A stretch of 32,000 nt of DNA from Leptospirillum ferrooxidans C2-3 (GCF_000284315.1 NC_017094.1:309486-341485); one strand, 5' to 3'; positions 20,029 through 29,172 are shown, counted from the stretch's first letter. Made by a program: numbers and translations. The notes: generated by a model from the sequence alone, not told the origin.

Positions 20029-21493
20029 GGCACACCTCCTCTCCGAGTCCCCCATAGCAGTCGAGAGAACGCGTAAGAGAGGCTCCCATCGGCAGAGCCA
20101 TGCCTTCCGGCACCGGAAGAAGACACTCCGGCCGGAGGAGCGGACGGAGAAAGTTTTTATGGAACCCCTGACATGCCTGGGCCTCCCGAAGGACCCGCCG
20201 TCCCTCTTCGGGGTCGTACCGCTCCAGAAGTTCCACGATCTCGGAGACATGCCACGTGAAGTTCGGTCCGGTCGCTTCCTGAAGCCCCTCCAGAAAGGGC
20301 TCGACCTCTTCCCCGAACCGTTCCCGGAACCGGCCCACCCATCGGGCCCGGAGCCCTTCCCGGCGCTTCTTCCGTCGGGGTTCGGCCTCCTGATGCTCCG
20401 GGTGCGGTGGAAGGGGGTCCGGGGAACCGGTTCGAAGAGGATGGGTGAGGAGCGGGGTCTCCCCCTCTCCCCATACCGTCAGCCGGATTCCTGACTCCAC
20501 GGTCACCCAGACACTCCGTCCACAGAAACGCATGGGAACGGGATAGGCGTGTCCATCCCACCGAATATATCCGTCGGAACTGACTTTCCGGATTTCGCCT
20601 TCGTAGAGGCGCCGGGGATCGACCGGGACCAAGGGCCGAAGAAGGGACTTCTCATGTTCAAAGCGGTCCACCGGCTTTTCGTGAAGGGTCTGGTGACGGC
20701 GCTGGTTGAAGGTCCGGGTGAAGGTCTGGAGCAGATTCTCCAGGCTGCCCCAGTCCGACACCTTCTTGCCCCGGAGCCCCCGTTCCTTGAGCGAGAAGAA
20801 GGTCCGCTCGACTTTTCCCTTCGTACGGGCGCGATAGGGCTGGCAGGCTTCCGGATCGATCCCGTACAGGCCGCAAAACATCAGGAAGGACTCGTTGAAG
20901 CGGACGCCTTTCTCCTTCCGGTTCTCCACCACCATCTGGCTCCCGTTGTCCATCAGAAGCGTTCGGCAGGTTCCTCCGAAAAAGGCAAAGGCCCGTTCCA
21001 GCGCTTTCATCACATCCTCCTGGCGGATCGTGGCGGAACAGGAAAAATGGGTCAGCCGGCTGTAGCCCAGAACCACGGCATGGATATAAACCGTCTGGAC
21101 TGTTCCCCCCCAATCAATCTCCCACTCGGTCCAGTCGTACTGCATCTGCTCTCCCGGCCCCGTTTCCATCCGAACGGTGCTTCGGGCTTTCTCCCGCTCT
21201 TCAGATCGAATCCGGGACAAATGGTTGTACAAGGTCTTCAGGGATCCCCGATATCCTTCCGCCACCAGCTCCTCATAGATCCGGGTCCCGATGTACCGCT
21301 TCCGAACCATCTCGACGATCCGACCTTCATACGGCGCAATCTTCCGGGCGTACTCTCGTTTGTGAAAAACCGGAGGCTCCGCAGATCGGAGATACTTTTT
21401 CACGGTATTCCTTGAAAGCTTCAATGTCCGGGCAATCGCTTTAATCCCTTGCTTGTTTTCCCGCATCATCCGAATCTTCTGCCACAGATACAT
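20021..21493 (-). CDS. istA: IS21-family transposase
   Basis: Start taken as ATG at 21493 (MYLWQKIRMMRENKQGIKAIARTLKLSRNTVKKYLRS); the track ORF opens at 21580. DDE-type text MQYDWTEWEIDW, TLLMDNGSQMVV, YRARTKGKVERTFFSLKERG. Confidence 0.93.
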   Translation of the reverse strand: MYLWQKIRMMRENKQGIKAIARTLKLSRNTVKKYLRSAEPPVFHKREYARKIAPYEGRIVEMVRKRYIGTRIYEELVAEGYRGSLKTLYNHLSRIRSEEREKARSTVRMETGPGEQMQYDWTEWEIDWGGTVQTVYIHAVVLGYSRLTHFSCSATIRQEDVMKALERAFAFFGGTCRTLLMDNGSQMVVENRKEKGVRFNESFLMFCGLYGIDPEACQPYRARTKGKVERTFFSLKERGLRGKKVSDWGSLENLLQTFTRTFNQRRHQTLHEKPVDRFEHEKSLLRPLVPVDPRRLYEGEIRKVSSDGYIRWDGHAYPVPMRFCGRSVWVTVESGIRLTVWGEGETPLLTHPLRTGSPDPLPPHPEHQEAEPRRKKRREGLRARWVGRFRERFGEEVEPFLEGLQEATGPNFTWHVSEIVELLERYDPEEGRRVLREAQACQGFHKNFLRPLLRPECLLPVPEGMALPMGASLTRSLDCYGGLGEEVCHD

Positions 21494-21610
21494 GCTGACC
21501 ACCCCTTCCCTCCTCTCAAGATATTCCTGAGAGGACTTTAACAATTTTCTTTTCGAAGGGGGGTCAGTTTTATCTTTCAATAAAGGGTCAAATCTATTTT
21601 ACGATTTACA

Positions 21611-21615
21611 GGAAC
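21611..21615. repeat. Target-site duplication, right copy (GGAAC)
   Basis: Directly follows IS terminus ...CGATTTACA; identical to 19149-19153. Confidence 0.9.
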
Positions 21616-22203
21616 AAAGCCGTTTTTTGTGACTTGTACAAGATAGGTTCCTCCGGGAATCTGGGCGAGCGCATAATTTCCATTTTCATCGGAGCTTAGG
21701 GTATAGATCTCATGGGTGGAGAGGTTTTTGGCCTTGATCGTTGCAGAGACCGGTGTTTCGGAGTCACCCTTCTTCTGGGTGATCGTTCCCAGAAGGGTGG
21801 ATGAACCTCGAGAAAGCATCTGGATTGCAAAATCGATCTCTCCGGTCATTCCCGCTTTCAAGAATCCTTCTTTTCTCGATTGGGAAAAGTTTCCTCCTCC
21901 GACCAGGATTTCATAATCTCCGGGTGGAAGATCCGTGAAAAGGTATCCACCCTGGCTGTTTGTCTTTTCCAAAATGGAAGTGTCATTTTTCTTGTTGTGC
22001 AGGATGATGGAAACTCCTCCCAATAGCTTCTGGTCTTTTTGAGAGCGGACGATCCCGTATAGGGTGGATGACTTTGATAGAGCAGGTGTGTTCTGGGCTT
22101 TGGGGGAAGCAGGATTGTCGGCTGCATTGGCCGTTCCGGATGCCCCAAGCGCAAACAAGGCCAAGGAAACGGAGGCACATTTCCTTGTAAAGGTTCGTTT
22201 CAT
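21611..22203 (-). pseudogene. N-terminal fragment of the IS21-disrupted TonB-dependent receptor (signal peptide plus regulatory-like domains)
   Basis: MKRTFTRKCASVSLALFALGASGTANAADN... then two modules homologous to the intact paralogue, ending VTKNGFVP at the insertion point; the ORF runs on only into IS sequence and stops at 21577. Confidence 0.9.
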
Positions 22204-22534
22204 GATGGACTCCAATGGTTTTTGACATCAAGTTGTTTTTAGAAAGATAGATAGGTGTTCTGGAATGAAAGCGGATGCATGGTAGGAAAAGTCTGTTACG
22301 GGAAGATTTGAAATGCATCAAGATGGGAATATGTTCAGATTGTTTTTGAGCTTTGATTTCCGCTATGGAAGGGATGTTTTGAAAGTCAAAGAGATATTGG
22401 CTTGCCAAGGAAGACCAGATGGGGCCCATTTTTAGAATGGATCTGAAATCAAAAGGAACTTCTGTTCCATTGAGATATGTTCCCTCATGCAGCAGGAAGA
22501 AGGCCCATGCGGAAGGTCATGATGTCTTGACAGC

Positions 22535-22553
22535 CTATCGATGCACAGATAGA
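22535..22553. promoter_or_regulatory. Imperfect inverted half-sites immediately upstream of the tetR-like start
   Basis: CCTATC-gatgcaca-GATAG directly before the ATG at 22562; resembles the half-sites of the 23195-23212 palindrome. Confidence 0.4.
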
Positions 22554-22561
22554 CTTCCTTC

Positions 22562-23140
22562 ATGGTCCCGAATGAGATGAAAGAGCGGATTATTGATGTT
22601 GCCCAAGAGCTTGTTCAATCCCGTGGGTTCAATGCGTTCAGTTACCGGGATCTGGCGGAACAAATCCTGATCAGGACGGCCAGCATCCATTATTATTTTC
22701 CCAAAAAAGATGATTTGGGTCGTGCCCTCATTCAGAGGTACCGCTCCGATTTCGAGGGGGCCATCCGGAACATCGACGATACGGAGCGATCACCAAAAGA
22801 TCGCTTGTCGGCCTATCTGAAGATGTTTCTGGATCTTTCAAAAGGGGGCGCGCGTCTTTGTCTTTTTGCCGTTTTCTCTGCGGAGCTTCCGACCCTGTCG
22901 GAGACGGTTCAGGAAGAGATCAAGATTTTTTACGAGAAGAATGTCGGCTGGATCAATGAAGTGATTGATGAGGGACGATTAAGTGGTTCTTTCTCTTTTC
23001 CAGGAGAGAGCCGGGATGTCGCCTCTGCAATCTTTTCTTTTCTTGAAGGGGAAATGCTCGTTCGAAGGGTTTTCCAGGCGAAAGAGCCCTTTCCGGAAAT
23101 TCCATCCGCAATCCGTATCCTGTTGTCCTGGAAGGACTGA
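22562..23140 (+). CDS. TetR/AcrR-family transcriptional regulator
   Basis: 192 aa; RIIDVAQELVQSRGFNAFSYRDLAEQILIRTASIHYYFPKKDDLGRALIQRY HTH signature. Confidence 0.93.
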   Translation: MVPNEMKERIIDVAQELVQSRGFNAFSYRDLAEQILIRTASIHYYFPKKDDLGRALIQRYRSDFEGAIRNIDDTERSPKDRLSAYLKMFLDLSKGGARLCLFAVFSAELPTLSETVQEEIKIFYEKNVGWINEVIDEGRLSGSFSFPGESRDVASAIFSFLEGEMLVRRVFQAKEPFPEIPSAIRILLSWKD

Positions 23141-23194
23141 GAAAAATCTTCAGGAATGTTGATTTCGATAGAGCCTGTTTCCGAATGAATGAGC

Positions 23195-23212
23195 CTATCT
23201 ATCAATAGATAG
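23195..23212. promoter_or_regulatory. Perfect palindrome, candidate TetR-family operator
   Basis: CTATCTAT-CA-ATAGATAG, between the tetR-like gene and the dsrE-like gene. Confidence 0.6.
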
Positions 23213-23295
23213 TTTTATGCGGCAGACAGGCTCATCAAGGCTGTCCCGATGGTCGGGCAGTCCTAATCACCCCACTCTGAAAAGGAGGAATAATC

Positions 23296-23658
23296 ATGTC
23301 CCAGAAACATGTTTTTGTGGTTTACTCAGGAGAGTCCGAAGCAAGTCGTGTCTATCATGCCCTGGTCTATGCCCGGCAGGCGCATCGCCGAGGAGATGAG
23401 TCCAGGCTGTTTTTTGCCGGAGCGGGATCCTATTGGCCTGAAGTTCTTGATGGGGACCATCCTGTTATGGGGGATCTTTTTAAAGAACTCAAGGACTCGG
23501 GAGTCATTGAAGGGGTGACAAAAAACTGTGCTGTGGCTTATGGACGGGATGCGGCTACAGAAAAGATCCTTCCACTGGTGTCCGGTCCGGAAGAAAGCAA
23601 AGGTCAGATCGATCTCCTTGATTATGCCGATCGTTCCTATAAAATCTGGATCTATTGA
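23296..23658 (+). CDS. DsrE-like family protein
   Basis: 120 aa; HVFVVYSGESEASRVYHALVYARQAHRRGDESRLFFAGAG...FKELKDSGVIEGVTKNCAVAYG; strong SD AAAGGAGG upstream. Confidence 0.75.
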   Translation: MSQKHVFVVYSGESEASRVYHALVYARQAHRRGDESRLFFAGAGSYWPEVLDGDHPVMGDLFKELKDSGVIEGVTKNCAVAYGRDAATEKILPLVSGPEESKGQIDLLDYADRSYKIWIY

Positions 23659-23858
23659 GCGTCATCGAATTGGCCAAGTCTCCCCCAGAGCTTCAAGACA
23701 CTGAATGGGAAGCCTTGGCGTCTGTTCAGCGGGGACCACTCTTTTTTCTTGAGGAGAGGTCCCTGTCATTGGGAGATGAGAAAATGGGATTCTCTTGCGG
23801 CTTTCTGAAAAGCAGCATCATTCGGGGGGGATCCAAAAAAAGGAGATTGTTATCGTGA
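23655..23858 (+). CDS. Small hypothetical protein, translationally coupled (TTGA overlap) to the dsrE-like gene
   Basis: 67 aa ORF with TTG start in a dsrE-like/yeiH-like operon; no recognised family. Confidence 0.35.
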   Translation: MSVIELAKSPPELQDTEWEALASVQRGPLFFLEERSLSLGDEKMGFSCGFLKSSIIRGGSKKRRLLS

Positions 23859-23873
23859 AGGGAAATATTCTCA

Positions 23874-24890
23874 ATGATTGAAAAGGCCAGACATATATTG
23901 CCGGGACTTTTATTGACAGCTTCCATTGCCCTTGTGGCCAAGCTGATTTCTTCGCTGGATTTTTTAAAAGCCCACCTTCCCCTGGGTCCGGTTATGGTGG
24001 CTATCATTCTGGGAATTGCGGTCCGGAACCTTGTGCCTGTTCACGGAATTTTTGAAGGAGGGATCCGTTTCTCTTTCAGGCAGGTTCTTCGTCTGGGTGT
24101 CGCAGGTCTTGGTTTTTCCCTCACTTTTGGGGAGATTGCCTCTGTTGGGGTAAAGGGATTTTTACTCGATACACTGGTTATCCTGGGGACCTACCTGTTT
24201 GCACGTCTTCTAGTTCGTCCGCTTGGTCTCAGTCAGGAGATTTCATGGCTTTTGGCAACCGGCACGGCGATCTGCGGTGCTTCGGCGGTCGCCGCGGCGA
24301 ACTCCGTGGTCAAGGCCAAAGATGAGGAAGTGGCTTTTGCCGTGACGACTGTGACGTTTTTTGGAACCTTGTCGATGTTCCTGTTCCCGGCCATCGAGCA
24401 CTGGATGGGGTTTCCTCTGGATGTCTATGGAGCATGGGCTGGTTCATCCATTCATGAAGTGGCCCAGGTCATCGGTGCAACCGTCAATGTGTCTCCCTCT
24501 TCACTGGCCCTTGGGACCATTCTCAAGCTGACCCGGGTTGTCTTCCTCTTGCCGGTGATCATTCTTCTCGAATTCTGGATCCTGAAAGGAAGACGGGAGA
24601 AAGGGGGCTCGAGCAGGAGGGAACATTTCCCCTGGTTTGTGGTTGCGTTTGCCGTGGTTGTCGGGATCAATTCCCTGCACATTCTCAAGCCTTCCCTGAC
24701 CGATGCATTCAATAACCTTGACAGCATCCTTCTGGCAATCGCAATGGCGGGTCTTGGTCTTGAAACGAGGCTCTCAAAGGTTTTTCATGTTGGCGTCGCT
24801 CCGGTCAAGGCGGGAGTGGCATTATGGATCTTTGTCAGTGTTCTGGGATTCGTCCTGTCCTGGGCCTTTTATGGTCCACATGCGATCTGA
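23874..24890 (+). CDS. YeiH/UPF0324-family membrane protein (putative sulfate exporter family)
   Basis: 338 aa, multiple TMs; LPLGPVMVAIILGIAVRN, LLATGTAICGASAVAAANSVVKAKDEEVAFAVTTVTFFGTLSMFLFP, AWAGSSIHEVAQVIGA. Confidence 0.9.
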   Translation: MIEKARHILPGLLLTASIALVAKLISSLDFLKAHLPLGPVMVAIILGIAVRNLVPVHGIFEGGIRFSFRQVLRLGVAGLGFSLTFGEIASVGVKGFLLDTLVILGTYLFARLLVRPLGLSQEISWLLATGTAICGASAVAAANSVVKAKDEEVAFAVTTVTFFGTLSMFLFPAIEHWMGFPLDVYGAWAGSSIHEVAQVIGATVNVSPSSLALGTILKLTRVVFLLPVIILLEFWILKGRREKGGSSRREHFPWFVVAFAVVVGINSLHILKPSLTDAFNNLDSILLAIAMAGLGLETRLSKVFHVGVAPVKAGVALWIFVSVLGFVLSWAFYGPHAI

Positions 24891-24917
24891 CGGGCCGGAA
24901 ACATGTTCTGCTCCATT

Positions 24918-26006
24918 TTACCGTTTAGTCCCAATCATGGCCCTGAGTCTCAACAGTCCTGCTGTCACAATCTGATCGTTCGGGAGGAAAGGGCCTTCCA
25001 GTAGGATCTCTTTCCCGTTCTGCGCCATTTTGGAAACATTCAGACGAAGAAAGCCTGTTCCCCTTTTGACAAGGACCTGAAGTCCTCCCGCCTGATTCTG
25101 AAAGAGGGCCTCCTTGGGAACGATATATCCCTCCTGTGGCAGGTCGGGGACGATCTGCACAGAGACCCATAGGTCCGGACGGAAGCGGTGCTTTGGATTG
25201 GAAAGAGAGATTCTGATGGGAATGGTCCGCGTTTGAGGATCAGCCATGGGGAAAACTCTCGTGATCACCGCAGGAATTGTTTCAAATGGAGGGTGCAGTG
25301 TCCGGATGGATACCGGAAGACCAACCCTTATTCCTCTTTCCTGTCCCGGGTAAAGGTAGGCATCGACCCACAGGTGTGACAGGTCCGATATTTCGAAAAG
25401 CCAATCTCCCTGATGAACCTGATTCCCTTCAATCTCTCCGGTCTTGATGATGGTTCCGGCAATGCTTGACCGCACTTCATAGCGATCAGACGGCTTGTGT
25501 GTCTTGATCAGACGATCAATTTCCTTTTGTGAGGCTCCAAGAGTCTTGAGTTTTGAAAGCGCCAGGGAGAGAAGGTCCCGACTGCCCGAAGCATTGATCC
25601 TGTGACTTTCCAGGACGCTGACCGCTTCCGCTTCGGCGGTCTGGAACTGGCGGCTCCGAAGGACAGCCAAAAGTTCTCCCCTTGAAACGGTATCTCCGGG
25701 AAAGGCCTTGATGGAGATGGTTGAAAGGGCACTGACTCTCGACATGACCCTGCGGTAATGAACGGGATCAAATGTAATCCTTCCCGGGATAATGACTTCC
25801 TGGGAGAGGCGTCCCTTTTGGATCGGAATGGTTTTGACAAAATCCATCGTGTTCAGCTGTTGCTCCTGAGAACCGGCGTCCTTAGGGTGCTCTTTGGGAT
25901 GTTTGGTACAGCCGGGAAGAACGAACAGGATTGTGGCACACAAAAGGAGCCCGGAAAACAATCCTGACGGGTTTCGAGGTGTTTTGTGCGTCTCAGATCT
26001 GGACAT
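24918..26006 (-). CDS. RND efflux periplasmic adaptor lipoprotein
   Basis: Start taken at 26006 (MSRSETHKTPRNPSGLFSGLLLCATILFVLPGCTKHPKEH; lipobox LPGC). Barrel/hairpin text: VIIPGRITFDPVHYRRVMSRVSALSTISIKAFPGDTVSRGELLAVLRS. Confidence 0.85.
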   Translation of the reverse strand: MSRSETHKTPRNPSGLFSGLLLCATILFVLPGCTKHPKEHPKDAGSQEQQLNTMDFVKTIPIQKGRLSQEVIIPGRITFDPVHYRRVMSRVSALSTISIKAFPGDTVSRGELLAVLRSRQFQTAEAEAVSVLESHRINASGSRDLLSLALSKLKTLGASQKEIDRLIKTHKPSDRYEVRSSIAGTIIKTGEIEGNQVHQGDWLFEISDLSHLWVDAYLYPGQERGIRVGLPVSIRTLHPPFETIPAVITRVFPMADPQTRTIPIRISLSNPKHRFRPDLWVSVQIVPDLPQEGYIVPKEALFQNQAGGLQVLVKRGTGFLRLNVSKMAQNGKEILLEGPFLPNDQIVTAGLLRLRAMIGTKR

Positions 26007-28962
26007 CAGGCAATCCTTCTTGGGGAGATACGGTTCTGGTAAAAAGGGAAAGAGCCGAAGGGATGAGGAAAACGGAAGAAAAAAAGGAGCCGACAAGTCC
26101 GCCAAGGACTGCCACAGCCAGGGGCCGCTCCATATCGAGACCTGCGCCTCCGCCGAGAGCCAGTGGCAGAAGAGCCGCTGCGTTGGCGAGATGCGTCATG
26201 ACGATGGGAAGAAAACGGTCAGAAAGCGCTTCCTTCAGCTTTTCTGAGGCGTTGCCTTCTGCAGATTCAAAGCGATTCGCCACCAAAAATCCGTTTTCTG
26301 CGGACAATCCCACCACGAGAATCAATCCGACAAAAGAAGAAATGTTGAGGGTCCTGCCGGAGAAGGTCAGGGCGGCGATCCCAGAGAGGACCGAAAAGGC
26401 CATTCCCGCGGTCAAGACAAGCGGTGGCGTCCATTTTCTGAATGTCCCGTAAAGAATGGTCACGATCAGAAGAACCGAGCCCAGAAGGGCTTCTCCCAAA
26501 GTCCGGAAGCTTTTCTGTTCCTGCTTGTATGCCCCGGAATAGGTGACCCAAGAGGATTTTGGCAGGGTGAGGGAAGAGACTTTTGCCTTGATCTCCTTGA
26601 TCACACCTCCGAGATTTCCATGATCCAGACGACCTTCGATCCGGAGGATGGGGGAGAGATTTTTATCCTCTTCCTCGGTGGCAGGGGGTGTATTGGTGAA
26701 GGTCACCACCTGAGAGAGAGGAATCAGGGAACCATCAGACTCCGAAATCGGAAGATGGGAGAGGGGGATCAAGCCATTTCTGTATTCGGAAGGGTAGAGG
26801 ACCCTGACCGGCAGGGGGCCTCCGGGAGAAAGGACCGTTGTTGCGGTGATTCCCATAAGGTCTTCCCTGGTTTGTGCGATGATCGCCTCCGGCGTGAGTC
26901 CCGCCAGGGAGGCGAGGGGAGCGATCACGTGGCCATCGAGTGTATCCCCCATGGGTCGAACCGACAGATGGAGATCAACAAGCCCGGGGATTCCGGAGAG
27001 TCTGTCCCGGATCATTCTGGCCGTCCCCAGAAGATCTTTCCGGTTTTGACCATGAACCTCAACCACAACAGGCGCCGAAACACCGATCAGATCTCCCAGA
27101 CTGTCTTCCATGACCTGAGAATAGTCCGTATCGAGTTCCGGCTCATTTTTTTGGACCCATGGCCTGAGTTCCCGGATTAACTCAAAAGTGGATTTGGGGT
27201 GGTTTTCCGAAAGCCTGATGACAAAATCTCCCTTGTTGGGTTCGGTAATGTAAAATCCCATTTCCGTTCCAAGCCTTCTTGTCGTATCGATAACGCCGGG
27301 AAGTGCCCGTATGTGATCTTCCACCCTGAGGACAGCCCTGTCCATGTCGTTGATGGAACTTCCCACCGGGGCATGGAAATCCAGGGTAAAGGATCCTTCG
27401 TCCATTCTGGCCATGAAATTGGTTTTAAGATGGGTCAGTGGCAGCAGAAGAAGAGCGAAAGCAAGAGTTCCGGCTCCAAGGATAACCGCCGGAGAGAGTC
27501 CTGTCAGAATCCCTGTCGATATGGGCACTGGCGTTTCCTTCTCCTGATGAATGAATGCGGGCGTGACAAAGGTGTTGACCAGGAGTGAGACACCCAAAAG
27601 TGTCACGAAGGAAATTGCCAGGGGGGCGAAAAAAGCACCCACAAGGCCATTCATTCCAAAAAGGGGAACGAGTGCGAGAATTGTGATCAGACCGGAAAGT
27701 ACGAAGGGGACAAGAAGTCCGCTCATTCTGTGTGCGTGTCTTCCTCCTTCAATGATGACAATAAAGTCGTCGATCACAAGTCCAACTCCGGCAGCGATGC
27801 CTCCCAGAACCATGAGATTCAAGGTTTCCCCGAGAAGTCCCAGAATGCCTGCAGAGATAAACAGGATTGCAGGGAGAAGTGATCCCATCAAAAGAATGGG
27901 ATAGCCTCTCCGGAGGATCAGTATGACAAGGGCCATCGCTCCGGAAAGTCCAATGGCGAGAGCCCAGATGACATGCCGGATCGCATCGGAAACGAGAGCC
28001 CCCTGGTCATAGACGATGGCTGGCGTGCATCCCTTCGGAAGAAGCCGCCTGAACTCGTTCATATGATCGAGAAGGGCTCTCTGAATGGTCAGCGCATTGC
28101 CTCCATGAGCGCGATAGACGAGAAGAAGAACGGCCGGAGAACCATTGGCACTGATCCTGATGGTTTCATCCGAGGGCCTTACTCCCCGCCGGACGGTTGC
28201 CAGAAGGTCGATGGGAAGGGGAACGCCTGATGGAGAGGGTAAAAAAATCTTGTTGATCTCGGCTGTTCGGGTCATTGTGTTATCGATCTGAACGGTTTTC
28301 AGCCGGTGTTCCTCAGTTCTCGGTCCGATGACGCCAATCCTGTTTTGTGTGGAAAGGGCACTGATAACATCGGAGAAAGTCCGGTGTGCTCCTGACAGTT
28401 TGTAGGGGTCGACCTCAACATGGATCTCCGGATTCTTTCCTCCGGCAATTTCCGTCTTCCAGACTCCCGGGAGGTTCGAGATGTAGGGAATCAGCCGGGT
28501 TTTGGCAATTCTTGTGATCTGGGGCAAGTTGTCGGACGTGGATGAAAGCGCCACGGTGAGAACAGGGGTATCGGACGGATACATTCGAATGGCCTGGATG
28601 CTGGTTCCGGCAGGGAGATCCCCCCGGATCCGATCAATCGCCTGGGCGACCCTTGGTAACGCCAGTGACATTTGTTCATGCCAGGAAAAACGGAGGAAAA
28701 ACTCGGCCGATCCCTGCATCGTCCGGGAGTTGAGCTCCCGAACCCCCTGAACACCCCTGAGGGTAATTCCCACGGGTCTTGTGATGCGGCTTTCCATTTC
28801 GGCAAATGGAATGTCGGGTGATCTCACGATCACGGAGACTCTGGGAAAATCAATGGAAGGGTACAGGGTCATGGGGAGATTCCATGCCTTGACGATCCCC
28901 AGAATGGAGAGCACGACCGTCAGCAGGAGAGAGAATCCCCTGTATTTTTTGATGAGTGTCAT
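25993..28962 (-). CDS. RND efflux permease
   Basis: Start probably ATG 28962 (MTLIKKYRGFSLLLTVVLSILGI); the track ORF opens at 29046. GETLNLMVLGGIAAGVGLVIDDFIVIIEG in TM4; SFVGLILVVGLSAENGFLVANRF. Overlaps the adaptor start by 14 nt. Confidence 0.93.
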   Translation of the reverse strand: MTLIKKYRGFSLLLTVVLSILGIVKAWNLPMTLYPSIDFPRVSVIVRSPDIPFAEMESRITRPVGITLRGVQGVRELNSRTMQGSAEFFLRFSWHEQMSLALPRVAQAIDRIRGDLPAGTSIQAIRMYPSDTPVLTVALSSTSDNLPQITRIAKTRLIPYISNLPGVWKTEIAGGKNPEIHVEVDPYKLSGAHRTFSDVISALSTQNRIGVIGPRTEEHRLKTVQIDNTMTRTAEINKIFLPSPSGVPLPIDLLATVRRGVRPSDETIRISANGSPAVLLLVYRAHGGNALTIQRALLDHMNEFRRLLPKGCTPAIVYDQGALVSDAIRHVIWALAIGLSGAMALVILILRRGYPILLMGSLLPAILFISAGILGLLGETLNLMVLGGIAAGVGLVIDDFIVIIEGGRHAHRMSGLLVPFVLSGLITILALVPLFGMNGLVGAFFAPLAISFVTLLGVSLLVNTFVTPAFIHQEKETPVPISTGILTGLSPAVILGAGTLAFALLLLPLTHLKTNFMARMDEGSFTLDFHAPVGSSINDMDRAVLRVEDHIRALPGVIDTTRRLGTEMGFYITEPNKGDFVIRLSENHPKSTFELIRELRPWVQKNEPELDTDYSQVMEDSLGDLIGVSAPVVVEVHGQNRKDLLGTARMIRDRLSGIPGLVDLHLSVRPMGDTLDGHVIAPLASLAGLTPEAIIAQTREDLMGITATTVLSPGGPLPVRVLYPSEYRNGLIPLSHLPISESDGSLIPLSQVVTFTNTPPATEEEDKNLSPILRIEGRLDHGNLGGVIKEIKAKVSSLTLPKSSWVTYSGAYKQEQKSFRTLGEALLGSVLLIVTILYGTFRKWTPPLVLTAGMAFSVLSGIAALTFSGRTLNISSFVGLILVVGLSAENGFLVANRFESAEGNASEKLKEALSDRFLPIVMTHLANAAALLPLALGGGAGLDMERPLAVAVLGGLVGSFFSSVFLIPSALSLFTRTVSPQEGLPDVQI

Positions 28963-29172
28963 GGCAGGTTTTTGGTTGGAAGATTGGGACAATGGTACTC
29001 CTGGACAAGATTGATCTGGGAAAATTCCCTGTTTTCCATTGGCCACTCATCTTGATGGGTGGCTTTTCTGAGACTATCAGATTCTTTCAGTCAATACCTC
29101 CCCTCGCAGCCAGACCGGACAATTCTTGCCAAGCCAACAAGGTGATATTTTGCATCGCTTGGGAGAGATTGA

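Larger units (their letters stand above)
19154..21610 (-). mobile_element. Complete IS21-family insertion sequence (about 2457 bp)
   Basis: istA/istB pair, imperfect ~51-bp terminal inverted repeats (TGTAGATTGCAACTACTTTTGACCCCTTTTTGAAAAATAAAATTGACCCCC vs reverse complement TGTAAATCGTAAAATAGATTTGACCCTTTATTGAAAGATAAAACTGACCCCC), 5-bp direct duplication. Confidence 0.95.

Noticed and set aside
19216-21415. Plus-strand ORFs inside the IS (19246..19980, 20549..21415 and others).
   Set aside because: Shadow ORFs opposite istA/istB in GC-rich sequence, no family resemblance.
22216-22561. Known riboswitch in the leader of the disrupted receptor gene (e.g. cobalamin type).
   Set aside because: No recognisable conserved riboswitch core was found by eye; only the GATAGATAGG half-site stood out.
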